Source: a virus (taxonomy: Duplodnaviria; Caudoviricetes). Taken from it: a stretch of DNA of 64,000 nucleotides. The notes under the pieces were generated by a model, which saw only the letters and a list, made by a program, of their open reading frames with translations, ran no database searches and was not told the origin of the DNA. A program made the translations under genes and the position numbers. Location of the stretch: the IMG/VR virus record IMGVR_UViG_3300028909_000001; one strand, written 5' to 3'. Below, piece by piece: positions 34,281 to 44,905 of the stretch (positions are counted from its first letter, which is position 1; each line of letters starts with the position of its first letter).

Positions 34281-35414
34281 ATGTCAGACGCCTCTAGTAT
34301 TAGAAGGACATCAGCAGTTTTAGCTCCAACTTCTGGTAATGCTAACCCTAAGCCTGGTACATTGCCTGGAGTTTTGACTCCTGGTTCACAACAAAATAAC
34401 CCTGGTGGTACTGGCTTTGCTGGTGCTCAAGCCACAGCAGCTGGATTTTTTGCTGGTGGTATCAGATTTTGTTTAAATCCATCTGGGTATTATTTCACTT
34501 ATACTGATACAAGTGGTATTAGTAGACTCCGTGAAACTGGTCAGGCTTACATTAATACAGGCACGCAGTGGACTCCAGTTGGTAACAATCCACTAGATAT
34601 CAATGTCCCCCTCGCCGCTAATGCTATTGATCAATATGTTTATGTAGCTGACCGTCCTTATAACGTATTGAGTGGTTCATTTGTATATACTACTCCTGGT
34701 GGCTCTTCTTGTGCACTTCAGTTAGGTGTATGTCCTTTCTCTCAAGGTATATTAGCTGGTGCTGGTACTATTACTACTACTAACTCTTCTGCTACTGTTA
34801 ATGGTGTTAGTACTACATTTACTTCTGCACTAATTGGTTCCGCAATTTTCAGTCCTTCAGGTACTTATATTGGTACAGTCTCAGCTGTAGGTAGCACAAC
34901 CTCTCTTACATTGGCTGTGGCTGCTTCTAATGCATGGGGTGGTGGTACTCAGGTATTGACTGGTTCTGCCTGGAATTACGGCCCTTATCTTACTGGTACT
35001 GGTAACCTTACTGCGTCTACTGCAACTTCTGCTGTGACTGTTACTGCTGCTGGTTTTGCTAGTTCTGTTACAGTTGGTAGTAACTTGTATGATCAATATG
35101 GTAGAACTCTTGGTGTGATTGCTTCCGTTAATAGTACTACATCTCTTACTCTAACCGCCAATGCTGCTTTTAATGCAGCTGCTACAACTTGGTCATATAG
35201 CACCTTGTTTATTGGTGTGCCAGCTTATGGTACTAATGTGTTTACTGCTACCATCCCACTCACTGCAAGTCCGGGTATTGTACAAATTGGTACTTTGAAT
35301 GCCACTATTGCTAATACTCAAATAACTACTGGACAGGCTTTGGCCCTTAGATTTACTGGTACTGTCACAGGTTTGGCTGGGTTGACTGGTACTGTTATCT
35401 TGCAACCTCAGTAA
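34281..35414 (+). CDS. Virion structural protein (decoration/fibre-like) with two internal beta repeats
   Basis: Thr/Gly/Ala-rich; repeats ending V.S.TSLTL; upstream TTGACT-N17-TAATAT and a strong terminator downstream. Confidence 0.6.
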   Translation: MSDASSIRRTSAVLAPTSGNANPKPGTLPGVLTPGSQQNNPGGTGFAGAQATAAGFFAGGIRFCLNPSGYYFTYTDTSGISRLRETGQAYINTGTQWTPVGNNPLDINVPLAANAIDQYVYVADRPYNVLSGSFVYTTPGGSSCALQLGVCPFSQGILAGAGTITTTNSSATVNGVSTTFTSALIGSAIFSPSGTYIGTVSAVGSTTSLTLAVAASNAWGGGTQVLTGSAWNYGPYLTGTGNLTASTATSAVTVTAAGFASSVTVGSNLYDQYGRTLGVIASVNSTTSLTLTANAAFNAAATTWSYSTLFIGVPAYGTNVFTATIPLTASPGIVQIGTLNATIANTQITTGQALALRFTGTVTGLAGLTGTVILQPQ

Positions 35415-35432
35415 GCTATTTAATCTTATCAC

Positions 35433-35463
35433 AAAGCAACCTATTTACTTAGGTTGCTTTTTT
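35433..35463 (+). terminator. Intrinsic terminator
   Basis: AAAGCAACCTA/TAGGTTGCTTT 11-bp stem plus T tract. Confidence 0.85.
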
Positions 35464-35501
35464 ATTTGACAACTTTCCTCTATTTTGAAATGATACTAAA
35501 C

Positions 35502-35756
35502 ATGAATGAACAAGCTACGTTAGACACACCAGTGATACCTAATTTTAAGATGTCGACTGAGCAGATAGTTAAGTTATTGCAGGGTTATTTGGCACAAGCA
35601 GATACTAGTTTAACTAGTTTACAATCTAATATAGATGATGCTACAAATAAATTGAATGAATGGAAGAGAATGCAGTTGATTATAGTAGGACAGAAACAAT
35701 TGATACAAGATATACTAAGTAAGACGGTAGACACACCTAAAGAAGAGACTAAATAA
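35502..35756 (+). CDS. Small coiled-coil protein
   Basis: ATG 35502 (MNEQATL). Confidence 0.65.
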   Translation: MNEQATLDTPVIPNFKMSTEQIVKLLQGYLAQADTSLTSLQSNIDDATNKLNEWKRMQLIIVGQKQLIQDILSKTVDTPKEETK

Positions 35757-35759
35757 ATT

Positions 35760-35954
35760 ATGGCTATAACGCTAAATGACACCAAGACTAGAATATACAA
35801 CCTTTATATAGAACAGTTGGAAGCAGAGGAAGAAAAGAAAGCTACTAGTAAGATGCATTCAGAAAATATTAAACGGATTAAATCTGAAATTAAGGATATT
35901 CTGAATGAAGAAGCAGAAGTTGTAAAGAATGCTCAAAAGAGTATTGACGATTAA
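35760..35954 (+). CDS. Small coiled-coil protein
   Basis: ATG ORF. Confidence 0.65.
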   Translation: MAITLNDTKTRIYNLYIEQLEAEEEKKATSKMHSENIKRIKSEIKDILNEEAEVVKNAQKSIDD

Positions 35955-36013
35955 ATAGATTGAAGTAATATGAGGCTAGGCTATTTAATGTAGTTTAGCC
36001 TCATTTTATTTAT

Positions 36014-36394
36014 ATGATTGATATTTTAATTTCATACCTATTATTAAGTGCAAGTATAGCCATGTTTTTAGTTATATGGTTTAATAATACTTTTGTTGAA
36101 TATATGAATTTACTAAGATTGACTAAGTTCTTTTATATAGAAGAATACAATAATATTACTGTAGATGACCCTAGTTTGTCTTATCTAGAATATTTAGCTG
36201 CTAATCGGTCTAACTTCCTTGTAAAAATTATTAGTTGTCCCAAATGTATAGTAGTCTGGTTATCTATACTATTACATATTCCTATTATCGTATTTATAGA
36301 TTTTCCTTTAATATTTATTCCTGTAAGTATATTTATAGCAGCTTACTTTAGTTTGCTAATGTACTATATTTTGGTTAAACTAATGAATAAATGA
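36014..36394 (+). CDS. Membrane protein with CPKC motif
   Basis: Several hydrophobic helices; SCPKCIVVW. Confidence 0.65.
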   Translation: MIDILISYLLLSASIAMFLVIWFNNTFVEYMNLLRLTKFFYIEEYNNITVDDPSLSYLEYLAANRSNFLVKIISCPKCIVVWLSILLHIPIIVFIDFPLIFIPVSIFIAAYFSLLMYYILVKLMNK

Positions 36395-38211
36395 GTAATA
36401 GTTTCATAGATAGCTTGATTGAGGTAACTAATTCTACTAATCATCAAGCACAGTATATACCACAACCGTCTAGTAGTATTCCTAGTTCTGGATGTACTTT
36501 ACCAGCATTGCTCACACCTCCTACTATCGGAGCAGTCACACCACCATCTAATGTAAAAGCTTGTGTACCTTTATTCGTACAATTTCCATTAGTACCAGAA
36601 CCCTTTCCATTACCTGAGAATTGCCCTTCAGGTATTTCATTTACTCCTAATACTCAAGCTATAGGGATATTAAATACTTCTGGAATGATTCCTTATACTT
36701 CTATTACTGTAGGTATAACTCCAGGAGTTGATGTTTGTCATTTTAATTTAGACATCCCACCTACACTAATTATACCTTGCTATCCTACTGGTCCTTTATT
36801 TAGTGGAGTTTTACAGTTTAAGATGGTTGGTGATGGTTCTCCAATTGCAGATGATTTTTCATTAAGCACTACTAGAATTAGTGGAGATATAACCCAGCCT
36901 TGTACCTGGAATATTGATACTATAATAAATCTACCAACCCCTAATTGCGCAGCTGGTATTTCATTTCAGAGCAATGTAACGGTAAATCTAAATAATAGTA
37001 CAGCTCTACCACCAGTAATAACATATTTATATTCAAGGGTTTATTCTATAGGACAGAGCATAATTGATACTAATGGAAATCTACAAACAGTCACTGCTAT
37101 TACTGGTGATGGTACATCCGGTGTAACTGCTCCTACCTGGGCTATATCTGGTACTACTGTAGATCATAATGTTACCTGGACCATGTCTCAAGCATCAATA
37201 AGTAACTATGCTTATGTTGATGTTTTAAGTCAGTATGATTATTATAGATTAATACATGGAATTCCCCCTACTACCAAAGATTGCGGTTCAGTATTGTTAG
37301 GTAATCTTGAATTAGGTATTGTTTGTCCATCAGGTTTAAGTGTAGGAGGTAGTGGGACAGCTACCTTTTTATTCCCTGGTGATATAGGTTATAGTGCTCC
37401 AGTAGGTGATCCAACTATTGCGTTATCTATTAGTTCTTGTAATTTAAATTTTGGTATTACTAATATAAGTTTCCCGGCTTTAAAATGTGCTTCAGGTTAT
37501 ACAGCAAACGCAGTTTCAGTAACTAGTGTAAAGGATGTATTAGGAAATACAGTTAGTCAGACTGGTGGAGGAAATACACCTTTTCAAATAACCCCCTCAG
37601 CTTGTTTAGGATTATCAAATCTAGGTAATCTAATAGTTCCTGGTTGTGCTCCTGGTAATTTTGTTAATTGGTATTTAAATTCTTCTACTTCAGGTGGAAC
37701 TACTACATTATCTATTTCTAGTGGTTCTCCTACTACTAGCAGCTATTTAACTGTAACTCCTACTACTTGTGGTATAACTCCTTCTGGTTCATTTTCATTT
37801 AGCAGTGCTTCAAGTTTAGGAATAACTGATGGTACTACAAGTTTAAGTAATGTATCTAATATTACTTTTAATGGAATGACAGTTGGAGGTACTAGTGGGG
37901 CAGCTACCGTAACTGGAACTAAGTTAACTGATGGCACTACTACATTAAATGGGGCACAGATGCTTACTTTTGTAGGTGGTACTTTAAGTGGTACTACTTC
38001 CAGTGCTACAATTACAATAAGTCCAGCTGGTTCCGGGCTTAATTATCGAGGAGTTTGGAGTGCATTATCTACTTATAATCTTAATGATGTTGCAGTATTA
38101 GGGGCAGGTACTTCGTCTGGTATGTATATATGTTTAATAAATTCTAATACTAATAGTCCTGATACTGGTACTGGCTGGTTTCAAGCCTGTTCTTATGCTA
38201 CCTGGTTATAA
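36391..38211 (+). CDS. Tail/baseplate-associated structural protein
   Basis: Cys/Pro-rich N-terminal half, IIDTNGN module, C-terminal YRGVWSALSTYNLNDV carbohydrate-binding-like module. Confidence 0.65.
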   Translation: MSNSFIDSLIEVTNSTNHQAQYIPQPSSSIPSSGCTLPALLTPPTIGAVTPPSNVKACVPLFVQFPLVPEPFPLPENCPSGISFTPNTQAIGILNTSGMIPYTSITVGITPGVDVCHFNLDIPPTLIIPCYPTGPLFSGVLQFKMVGDGSPIADDFSLSTTRISGDITQPCTWNIDTIINLPTPNCAAGISFQSNVTVNLNNSTALPPVITYLYSRVYSIGQSIIDTNGNLQTVTAITGDGTSGVTAPTWAISGTTVDHNVTWTMSQASISNYAYVDVLSQYDYYRLIHGIPPTTKDCGSVLLGNLELGIVCPSGLSVGGSGTATFLFPGDIGYSAPVGDPTIALSISSCNLNFGITNISFPALKCASGYTANAVSVTSVKDVLGNTVSQTGGGNTPFQITPSACLGLSNLGNLIVPGCAPGNFVNWYLNSSTSGGTTTLSISSGSPTTSSYLTVTPTTCGITPSGSFSFSSASSLGITDGTTSLSNVSNITFNGMTVGGTSGAATVTGTKLTDGTTTLNGAQMLTFVGGTLSGTTSSATITISPAGSGLNYRGVWSALSTYNLNDVAVLGAGTSSGMYICLINSNTNSPDTGTGWFQACSYATWL

Positions 38212-38214
38212 ATT

Positions 38215-41109
38215 ATGTCTGTAGCTCCTGGTAATAACTTTAAATTAACTGATTTACAAGCATTAGCAACTCAAGCTAATGCAGTCTCATCTACTAGTTT
38301 TGACTTGAGTACATTTTATTATGTGTATCCAATGTTTTATGACTTAAGTAGTAATCCATATGGTTATCGTATTTGTGGTGCTTTTGCTTTAACTGCTAGA
38401 GGAAGTGGTTATGCTGTTGGAGATATAGTAGTTTCCCCAGGCTATACTACATATTTTGAAGTTGGTTCAGTAGATATTACTGGAGCTATTATAGGATTGG
38501 TAACTTATACTAATTCTGCCTTTTCTCCTTCCGGTGATCTGACTACCACACCTCCATTCCCTTCATATACAGACCCTACTCCTGGCGCACTTAATACAGT
38601 AACTGGTTCTGGTACTGGAGCTACTATTACTTTTACTGTTAGTCAAGTAGGCCCTTCTCAAAATTATTCATTTCCAGACTATAATCCTGGTAATGGTTAT
38701 TTTACCGATTTTTATCTTTGTTTTGGAGGTACTGGTTATACTGCTGGCGATAATTTAACTTTGCCTGGAGCTAAGATAGTTGGTGGCAGTCCAGTTCCAG
38801 TACATGTTGTAAGTGTTGATGGTAGTGGCAAGATATTAACATTCACATTACCTAATACTACTTATATAGGATTTCTTCAATACTTATCTAATACTCCACA
38901 ATATTTAGCTGCTAGTGGTGGAACCGGTAGTGGGGCAACTTTTGGTGGTTTGTTTATAGTTCCTCAAAGACCTACTTGGCTAGCTGAACTAAATAGACTT
39001 CGTAGTGCTATTTGGGGGTTGAAGGATTTGGATGATTCTTTTACATTTATGAATGTTACTTCACCTTCATTATTGTGTGTTTCTGGACCCTGGCCTGTAG
39101 GTGGACCAAATGATAATTATGCAAGTACCTGGTTTTATTTTGAAGATACTGGTGGTGGAGCAACAGTTACAATTAGTAGTAATTTCCCTGGTAGTGGTGC
39201 ACCTTTTTCTGCAGGTTTAAGAACTAATGCCGTTTGCAGTATGCTTTTGTCAACGTTTCCACCATCACCATACTATTATCCAGTAACAACAAAGCAACGA
39301 CAAGCCTTTGTGGTTGGTGGTGTTGATTCTCTCTTTGTTAGTGGGACCTTCCATATAACTGCGGAGTATGTGCGTGGAGGGACTGCTGTGATAACATACC
39401 CTGGACCAACCACAACCATTACACCCGATACAGTTGACCCTAATACGCTTTGGTCTGTAAATCTATCTCCTAGTGGTGGTTATAATGCATTTCCTGGTTC
39501 AGTTTCTTATTCTACATTGGTGGCTGATACAGGATTTTGTAGTATTGGGATTGTCGAAATTTCAATAGCGGTGAGCGCGACTCTAGCACCGGGGCGGTAT
39601 GAACTTGAGGTGGACATACCACAATTACCGGATGACACATCAGTTCCTATAACCGGTACACAGACCACATATACACGCCTTTTCCCAAATGGCACTAACC
39701 CACTAGATGATGGCAGCGGCGGCAATGGAAAATTATTTGGCCCTGTCACAGCCAGTATTAGTTATAGTACAGCAGTTACAGCTTATGGAATTGATAATGC
39801 ATGGCCAATTAAAAAGATAAACTTACCTGGTGATGGACTTTCTCACGGCCCAGGATTATTATTTGTGCAGGATATACCTAATAATAATTGGAATTCTGGA
39901 GCTGGCCCTACATTTCCTGCTATTACATATGATCCGGAAAAAATATTTGGTAATGGTTGGAGTATTGGTACTAGTAAGGCTGGATTTTGGTCTTCAATGT
40001 CACCTGCTATTAGTAGTTTAGCTATTCCTAGTTTAACTTCAATGCCTTGGAATTTAACTAGAACTAAATATGCAGTAGCCGGTAATGCTACAGTAAATCC
40101 AATGCTACAAGGTGATTTGGCTCCTAACGGTTCAGGTATGTTTGGTGCTTATGCTCAAGTATCTAACTCATATAATCAACTCAGTCCAGTAGAAAGTCAA
40201 TCCGAGCCTCCTAGTTGGGCTGCTTCTATATATTTTACGTCTGGATTTACAATTATAGATTCTAACGGTAATTATCAAACAGTATTTACAGGTGGTATAT
40301 CTGGCGGTTCACATCCAGTTTGGTCTGGGGCATTTGGTGGATCTACTACTGATAATGGAGTGGTATGGCATTGTTCTAAAGTATTTACTGCACCGGCTAC
40401 TACTTGGATAGCTAGTACAGTATTTCAATCAGGACAAACTATAATAGATTCTAACGGTAATATTGAAACTGCTCAAAATACCGGTACTAGTAATTCATCA
40501 GCACCTGCCTGGCCTGGAACTTTAGGAGGTACAGTAACTGATAATACTATAACCTGGAAATTTACTTCTCGTTATCAAGCTTTCCAACCAGGCCAACATA
40601 GAATCCCACCACTTCCTAGATACCCTGTTTATTGGTATAGTGAGACAATTCCTAGAATGATGCCCCCTACACTTACTAGCGGTAATACTATTTGGGGAGC
40701 TTATGATCAGTGGCAATATAATACTTATAATTCTCCTAGCTTTGATCAAGGTTGGCATCAAGTAGGTCCTACTGATACACCAGCTAAAGGAAAAGCTTAT
40801 GGTTGGTGGATATATAGTGTATCTATTAATAGAATAGCTAGTACTGCTGGAACCGTAGCTGTAACTTTAGGATGTATTAGAAGTAGTGTATTTAGTCCAT
40901 TTGCAACTTATAATACTGGTACAACTAATCAAGTTCTTTGGCCCATATTTACAAGTGATGCCTTAGTATATCAATGTAGTGAAAGAGTTGATGTTCAAGC
41001 ATTAGCTATTGCTTCTACTAATAGTGTATCTCAAGGTCAAGTAGTACAATCTCCTATATGTGCAGCATTTGTTACCGATACTTCAGCTTTAATATCGCTA
41101 ATAACTTAA
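38215..41109 (+). CDS. Tail fibre / receptor-binding-like protein
   Basis: GSG/GTG-Y..GD repeats and two IIDSNGN modules. Confidence 0.65.
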   Translation: MSVAPGNNFKLTDLQALATQANAVSSTSFDLSTFYYVYPMFYDLSSNPYGYRICGAFALTARGSGYAVGDIVVSPGYTTYFEVGSVDITGAIIGLVTYTNSAFSPSGDLTTTPPFPSYTDPTPGALNTVTGSGTGATITFTVSQVGPSQNYSFPDYNPGNGYFTDFYLCFGGTGYTAGDNLTLPGAKIVGGSPVPVHVVSVDGSGKILTFTLPNTTYIGFLQYLSNTPQYLAASGGTGSGATFGGLFIVPQRPTWLAELNRLRSAIWGLKDLDDSFTFMNVTSPSLLCVSGPWPVGGPNDNYASTWFYFEDTGGGATVTISSNFPGSGAPFSAGLRTNAVCSMLLSTFPPSPYYYPVTTKQRQAFVVGGVDSLFVSGTFHITAEYVRGGTAVITYPGPTTTITPDTVDPNTLWSVNLSPSGGYNAFPGSVSYSTLVADTGFCSIGIVEISIAVSATLAPGRYELEVDIPQLPDDTSVPITGTQTTYTRLFPNGTNPLDDGSGGNGKLFGPVTASISYSTAVTAYGIDNAWPIKKINLPGDGLSHGPGLLFVQDIPNNNWNSGAGPTFPAITYDPEKIFGNGWSIGTSKAGFWSSMSPAISSLAIPSLTSMPWNLTRTKYAVAGNATVNPMLQGDLAPNGSGMFGAYAQVSNSYNQLSPVESQSEPPSWAASIYFTSGFTIIDSNGNYQTVFTGGISGGSHPVWSGAFGGSTTDNGVVWHCSKVFTAPATTWIASTVFQSGQTIIDSNGNIETAQNTGTSNSSAPAWPGTLGGTVTDNTITWKFTSRYQAFQPGQHRIPPLPRYPVYWYSETIPRMMPPTLTSGNTIWGAYDQWQYNTYNSPSFDQGWHQVGPTDTPAKGKAYGWWIYSVSINRIASTAGTVAVTLGCIRSSVFSPFATYNTGTTNQVLWPIFTSDALVYQCSERVDVQALAIASTNSVSQGQVVQSPICAAFVTDTSALISLIT

Positions 41110-41151
41110 TTGAATTGACTGGTATATCAAGTTTGTGTTAGAGTTGGAATT

Positions 41152-41745
41152 ATGGAAACATCTAATGCGATTGATTATAATTCTTGTACTGTTTTAAGAG
41201 GAGCCCAACACACTGAAACTTGTGAAGCTCATGGTGTTTATACTGCTAGATGTATAGACTCTAATAATAATTTAATTTGGGAAGATACTATAGATAATGT
41301 AGTTAATACTGAAGGTAAAAACCTGGCTTTTAATACATTTTTAAACGGCTCTGCTTATACTGTTACTGGGCCTTATATGGGTTTAATTAGTTCAGTATCT
41401 TATTCTACCGTAGCTGCTGGTGATACAGCTGCTCAAATTAATGGTACTAATGGTTGGAAGGAAGCAGGTTCCAGCACTAATTATCCATTATACACTACTC
41501 CTAGAAAAACTTGTGCCTGGTCTGCTGCTTCTGCTGGTTCGATTTCACTTTCCGCAGCTCTAAGTTTTCCTATTATCACTACTGGTGGTACAGTTAAAGG
41601 ATGTTTTATTATCTTTGGCTCTGGTGCTTCGTCCACTATTGCTAATACTTCAGGTACTCTTTGGTCTGCTGGTCTATTCTCAGGTGGTGATAAGATTGTT
41701 AACCCTGGTGATACAATTCAAGTATCATATAGTACTAGCATGTAA
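41152..41745 (+). CDS. Conserved phage tail-associated protein
   Basis: WEDTIDNVV...EG...GTVKG.F...GTL.SAG...GDTIQVSY pattern. Confidence 0.7.
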   Translation: METSNAIDYNSCTVLRGAQHTETCEAHGVYTARCIDSNNNLIWEDTIDNVVNTEGKNLAFNTFLNGSAYTVTGPYMGLISSVSYSTVAAGDTAAQINGTNGWKEAGSSTNYPLYTTPRKTCAWSAASAGSISLSAALSFPIITTGGTVKGCFIIFGSGASSTIANTSGTLWSAGLFSGGDKIVNPGDTIQVSYSTSM

Positions 41746-41748
41746 TAT

Positions 41749-44700
41749 ATGGCTTTTGATGCCCATTCAAATCTAGCAATATCACAAGTAGCCACTGCTC
41801 CATCACCACCTACTTCTGGTACTTCACTAACTGTAACTACTGGTCAGGGTGCATTATTTCCTACTCCCCCATTTAATTGCACTGTCTGGCCTTCAGGTGT
41901 TATACCTACTACAGTTAATGCTGAGATTATTAGGGTTACTGCAGTTGCCACTGATACATTTACTATAACTAGAGCACAAGAAGGAACATCTGCTGTATCT
42001 ATTGCTGTAGGATACCAAATAGCCAATACTGTTACTAAAAAGGTAGTTACAGATATTGAAAATGCAATTCCTACTACGTTACCTCCTAATGGTTCTGCTA
42101 GCGGTGATTTATCAGGTAGTTATCCAGGTCCTACAGTAGCAAAGATTAACGGCACTTCTTTAGCAGGATTAGCTACAGGGTTATTAAAGAATACTACTGG
42201 TACTGGTGTTCCTAGTATTGCAGCGTCTGGTGATTTGCCTGGTGGGCCATATTTAGGTGCTACTGCCTCTGCTTCTGGTGATTTATCAGGTAGTTATCCA
42301 GGTCCTACAGTAGCAAAGATTAACGGTACTTCATTAGCAGGTCTTGCTACCGGTATACTTAAAAACACTACTGGTACTGGTGTTCCTAGTATTGCAGCGT
42401 CTGGTGATTTGCCTGGTGGACCTTATCAAACGACAGCATCTTATGGTGTGTTAGGGTTTTCTTCAGTAGCTACAGCTGGAAGTACAACTACATTAAGTGG
42501 ATCAGCTACTAATTATATAATTTTTACTGGTACATTAACTCAGATTTGTGTACTACCTAATGCCACTACACTTTCTAATGGGGCGTCATTCTTTATTGAT
42601 AATAGTTCAACTGGAGCTGTTACTGTAAATATGAATGGTGGAACTACTTTATGGATTGTAGGAGCTGGAGCATTTTTAGAGTTAGTATTAACTAGTAATG
42701 GAACTTCAGCTGGTACCTGGAATACTCAATATTTTGGTAGTACGGTATCAACAGGAAAAGTCATTAACTTAGCTGATAATTTAACATCAGTAGCCAATAC
42801 TCCAGGGGTATTTCAGAATGATGGAAGTGGTAATATATCTTACGGTCCACCACCACCTACTATAACCCAACTTGATCTTTGGGGACATTCCTGGCTTGAT
42901 GATATAGTTTATATTACTGGCGCAAATCAAATTACTGATCCTGCTGAAATATTAAATAACGTACTTACAAATGCTTTGGGAATTTCTCAAGATAGAGTAA
43001 GAAATCATGCTAGGAGTGGTGCAAACCTTACGTCTCAAGGATGTTTAATGGGCGGTTATATGAGGTTTTTAACTGAAATAACTCGTACCAAAAAATATTC
43101 TCCATTTTATCGACAAGGTGGTTTATCTGTAATTGTATATGGTATTAATGATTTAGGTAATAATACATCAGCTAATCAATCATTAATGCGCTCAGTATTT
43201 TCGCAAGCCTTAACCATGGCTATTAGTAGAATAAGAGCTTCAGCTATTTTTCCTTGTGGCACTGGGTTAGCTCAATGGGCTTTTGGTACTAATTATGCAG
43301 CCGGTCCAGTAGCTAACCTTGAGTGGATGTCTACTGTTGGAATGCAAGCAACAGTAGTAGATTCTGGTGGTACTTCTACAGCAACTTTCACCATTCCATT
43401 TGGCTATAAAGGAGAACCAATAGGATTTCTATTAGTTGGTACTTCCGGAGCAACTTCAGGTATTGTTACTTGGGGTGGAAATATTACTGGAACTAGTGGT
43501 ATTATTGGAACTACTACCACTTTAAACTCTACTTCCATAGATGCTCATGGACCTGTATTCGTTAGATGGACTTCTGGTACTAATGGATTATCAGCTGCTA
43601 ATGCTGGTCAGACTATTACTATCAAGGTAACTACTGCGAGTGGGACAGTACAATTAGATTCAGCCTGGATTGAATCTCTTAAACCAAATCCTGTAGTTGT
43701 AGCCAATGTATATCAATGTGATTGTAGAACTATTACTTACGCTTTAGGGGATGGGGTAACTTCTGGTGTTACTACTTCTTTTACTTCTGGTTCAGCCAAT
43801 TTTAATTCAAGTACTGATGCTGGAAATTCAATAACTGAGACTGATGCTCAAGGTGCTTTTACTTCTGGTAAGACTATTTCATCTGTAACTAATGCAACCA
43901 CCATAGTATTATCAGGAAATGCTACTGGTGCTTTTACATCCATTAAATATACTTTTGGGCGTATTTTAAACGGTTACGCTAATTATGCTACTAATACAGA
44001 TTTTAGTGGGGCAACTCCAGCTAGTCATAGTGCAGCAGACACAGATTTACAAAATTTAAATAGCACAATTACTACAGTAGTTAATTCATTCGATTCAATG
44101 GTTCAATTAGCTGACGTAAATACAGCTATGGGGATTGGTGGAACTGGAACTCTGCCTACTAACGTCTATACAACATCTGCTGATGGTTATCATCCTAATG
44201 CGGTTGGAGCAGCTTTGGCAACTAATGCTATATTTGCTGCTATTAAGAAGCTAGTACCTGTTGCTGATGGTTTAGGGACTCTAGGTGTATTAGAGACACA
44301 GACTCCACAAGGTTATCCAGTCGCTCCTAAACGAAATATTATTCGTCCTGGTAGTAATGTTTATTTACCTGAATTTGGTGTTTGGGGTGCTACATATACT
44401 GCAGTTGCTGGTGATACGTTTGCTATTCCTTTCTGGGTATCAGAAGGTGGGGCTAATATTACTGCATTCCAAGTACAACAAACCAATGCTCCTGCTACAG
44501 CTGGATCTAACGTAAGATTTGGTATTTATGATGATACTATGTTTACAGGTTATCCTTGTAACCTTAGATATGAAGTTACATCAGGCGGTGCATTTGCGAT
44601 GGGAACTACTGCAGCTATAAAGACTATTGGAACTAATACTTTTGGATGGCTACGATCAGGACTTTATTGGCAAGTATTTAAGATAGATTCCCTCGGTACA

Positions 44701-44901
44701 ACTGCTAGTATAGTTAATACAATTGGAGGTCCTAGTCCGTATATGCCACAGTGGTTGGCCGCTGGTGGTACTGCTTCACCTATTGCTTGGAAAGTAACTA
44801 GTGTAGCTGCTGGTGCTTTACCTAATGAATTTAGTGCATTAGCTGCTGGTACTGCAGTTACTACAGCTCCAGCTGTAGGAATGACAATAACTGTAACATA
44901 A
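41749..44901 (+). CDS. Tail fibre/spike with SGNH (GDSL-like) hydrolase domain
   Basis: WGHSW, SGANL, YGINDLG and DGYHPN blocks. Confidence 0.75.
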   Translation: MAFDAHSNLAISQVATAPSPPTSGTSLTVTTGQGALFPTPPFNCTVWPSGVIPTTVNAEIIRVTAVATDTFTITRAQEGTSAVSIAVGYQIANTVTKKVVTDIENAIPTTLPPNGSASGDLSGSYPGPTVAKINGTSLAGLATGLLKNTTGTGVPSIAASGDLPGGPYLGATASASGDLSGSYPGPTVAKINGTSLAGLATGILKNTTGTGVPSIAASGDLPGGPYQTTASYGVLGFSSVATAGSTTTLSGSATNYIIFTGTLTQICVLPNATTLSNGASFFIDNSSTGAVTVNMNGGTTLWIVGAGAFLELVLTSNGTSAGTWNTQYFGSTVSTGKVINLADNLTSVANTPGVFQNDGSGNISYGPPPPTITQLDLWGHSWLDDIVYITGANQITDPAEILNNVLTNALGISQDRVRNHARSGANLTSQGCLMGGYMRFLTEITRTKKYSPFYRQGGLSVIVYGINDLGNNTSANQSLMRSVFSQALTMAISRIRASAIFPCGTGLAQWAFGTNYAAGPVANLEWMSTVGMQATVVDSGGTSTATFTIPFGYKGEPIGFLLVGTSGATSGIVTWGGNITGTSGIIGTTTTLNSTSIDAHGPVFVRWTSGTNGLSAANAGQTITIKVTTASGTVQLDSAWIESLKPNPVVVANVYQCDCRTITYALGDGVTSGVTTSFTSGSANFNSSTDAGNSITETDAQGAFTSGKTISSVTNATTIVLSGNATGAFTSIKYTFGRILNGYANYATNTDFSGATPASHSAADTDLQNLNSTITTVVNSFDSMVQLADVNTAMGIGGTGTLPTNVYTTSADGYHPNAVGAALATNAIFAAIKKLVPVADGLGTLGVLETQTPQGYPVAPKRNIIRPGSNVYLPEFGVWGATYTAVAGDTFAIPFWVSEGGANITAFQVQQTNAPATAGSNVRFGIYDDTMFTGYPCNLRYEVTSGGAFAMGTTAAIKTIGTNTFGWLRSGLYWQVFKIDSLGTTASIVNTIGGPSPYMPQWLAAGGTASPIAWKVTSVAAGALPNEFSALAAGTAVTTAPAVGMTITVT
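42103..42424 (+). repeat. Internal duplication with 174-bp period (58 aa)
   Basis: GDLSGSYPGPTVAKINGTSLAGLATG.LKNTTGTGVPSIAASGDLPGGPY occurs twice. Confidence 0.9.
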
Positions 44902-44905
44902 TGAA

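Noticed and set aside
42103-42424. DGR template/variable repeat pair
   Set aside because: Both copies are in frame within one gene, the differences are not adenine-specific, and there is no reverse transcriptase in the window.
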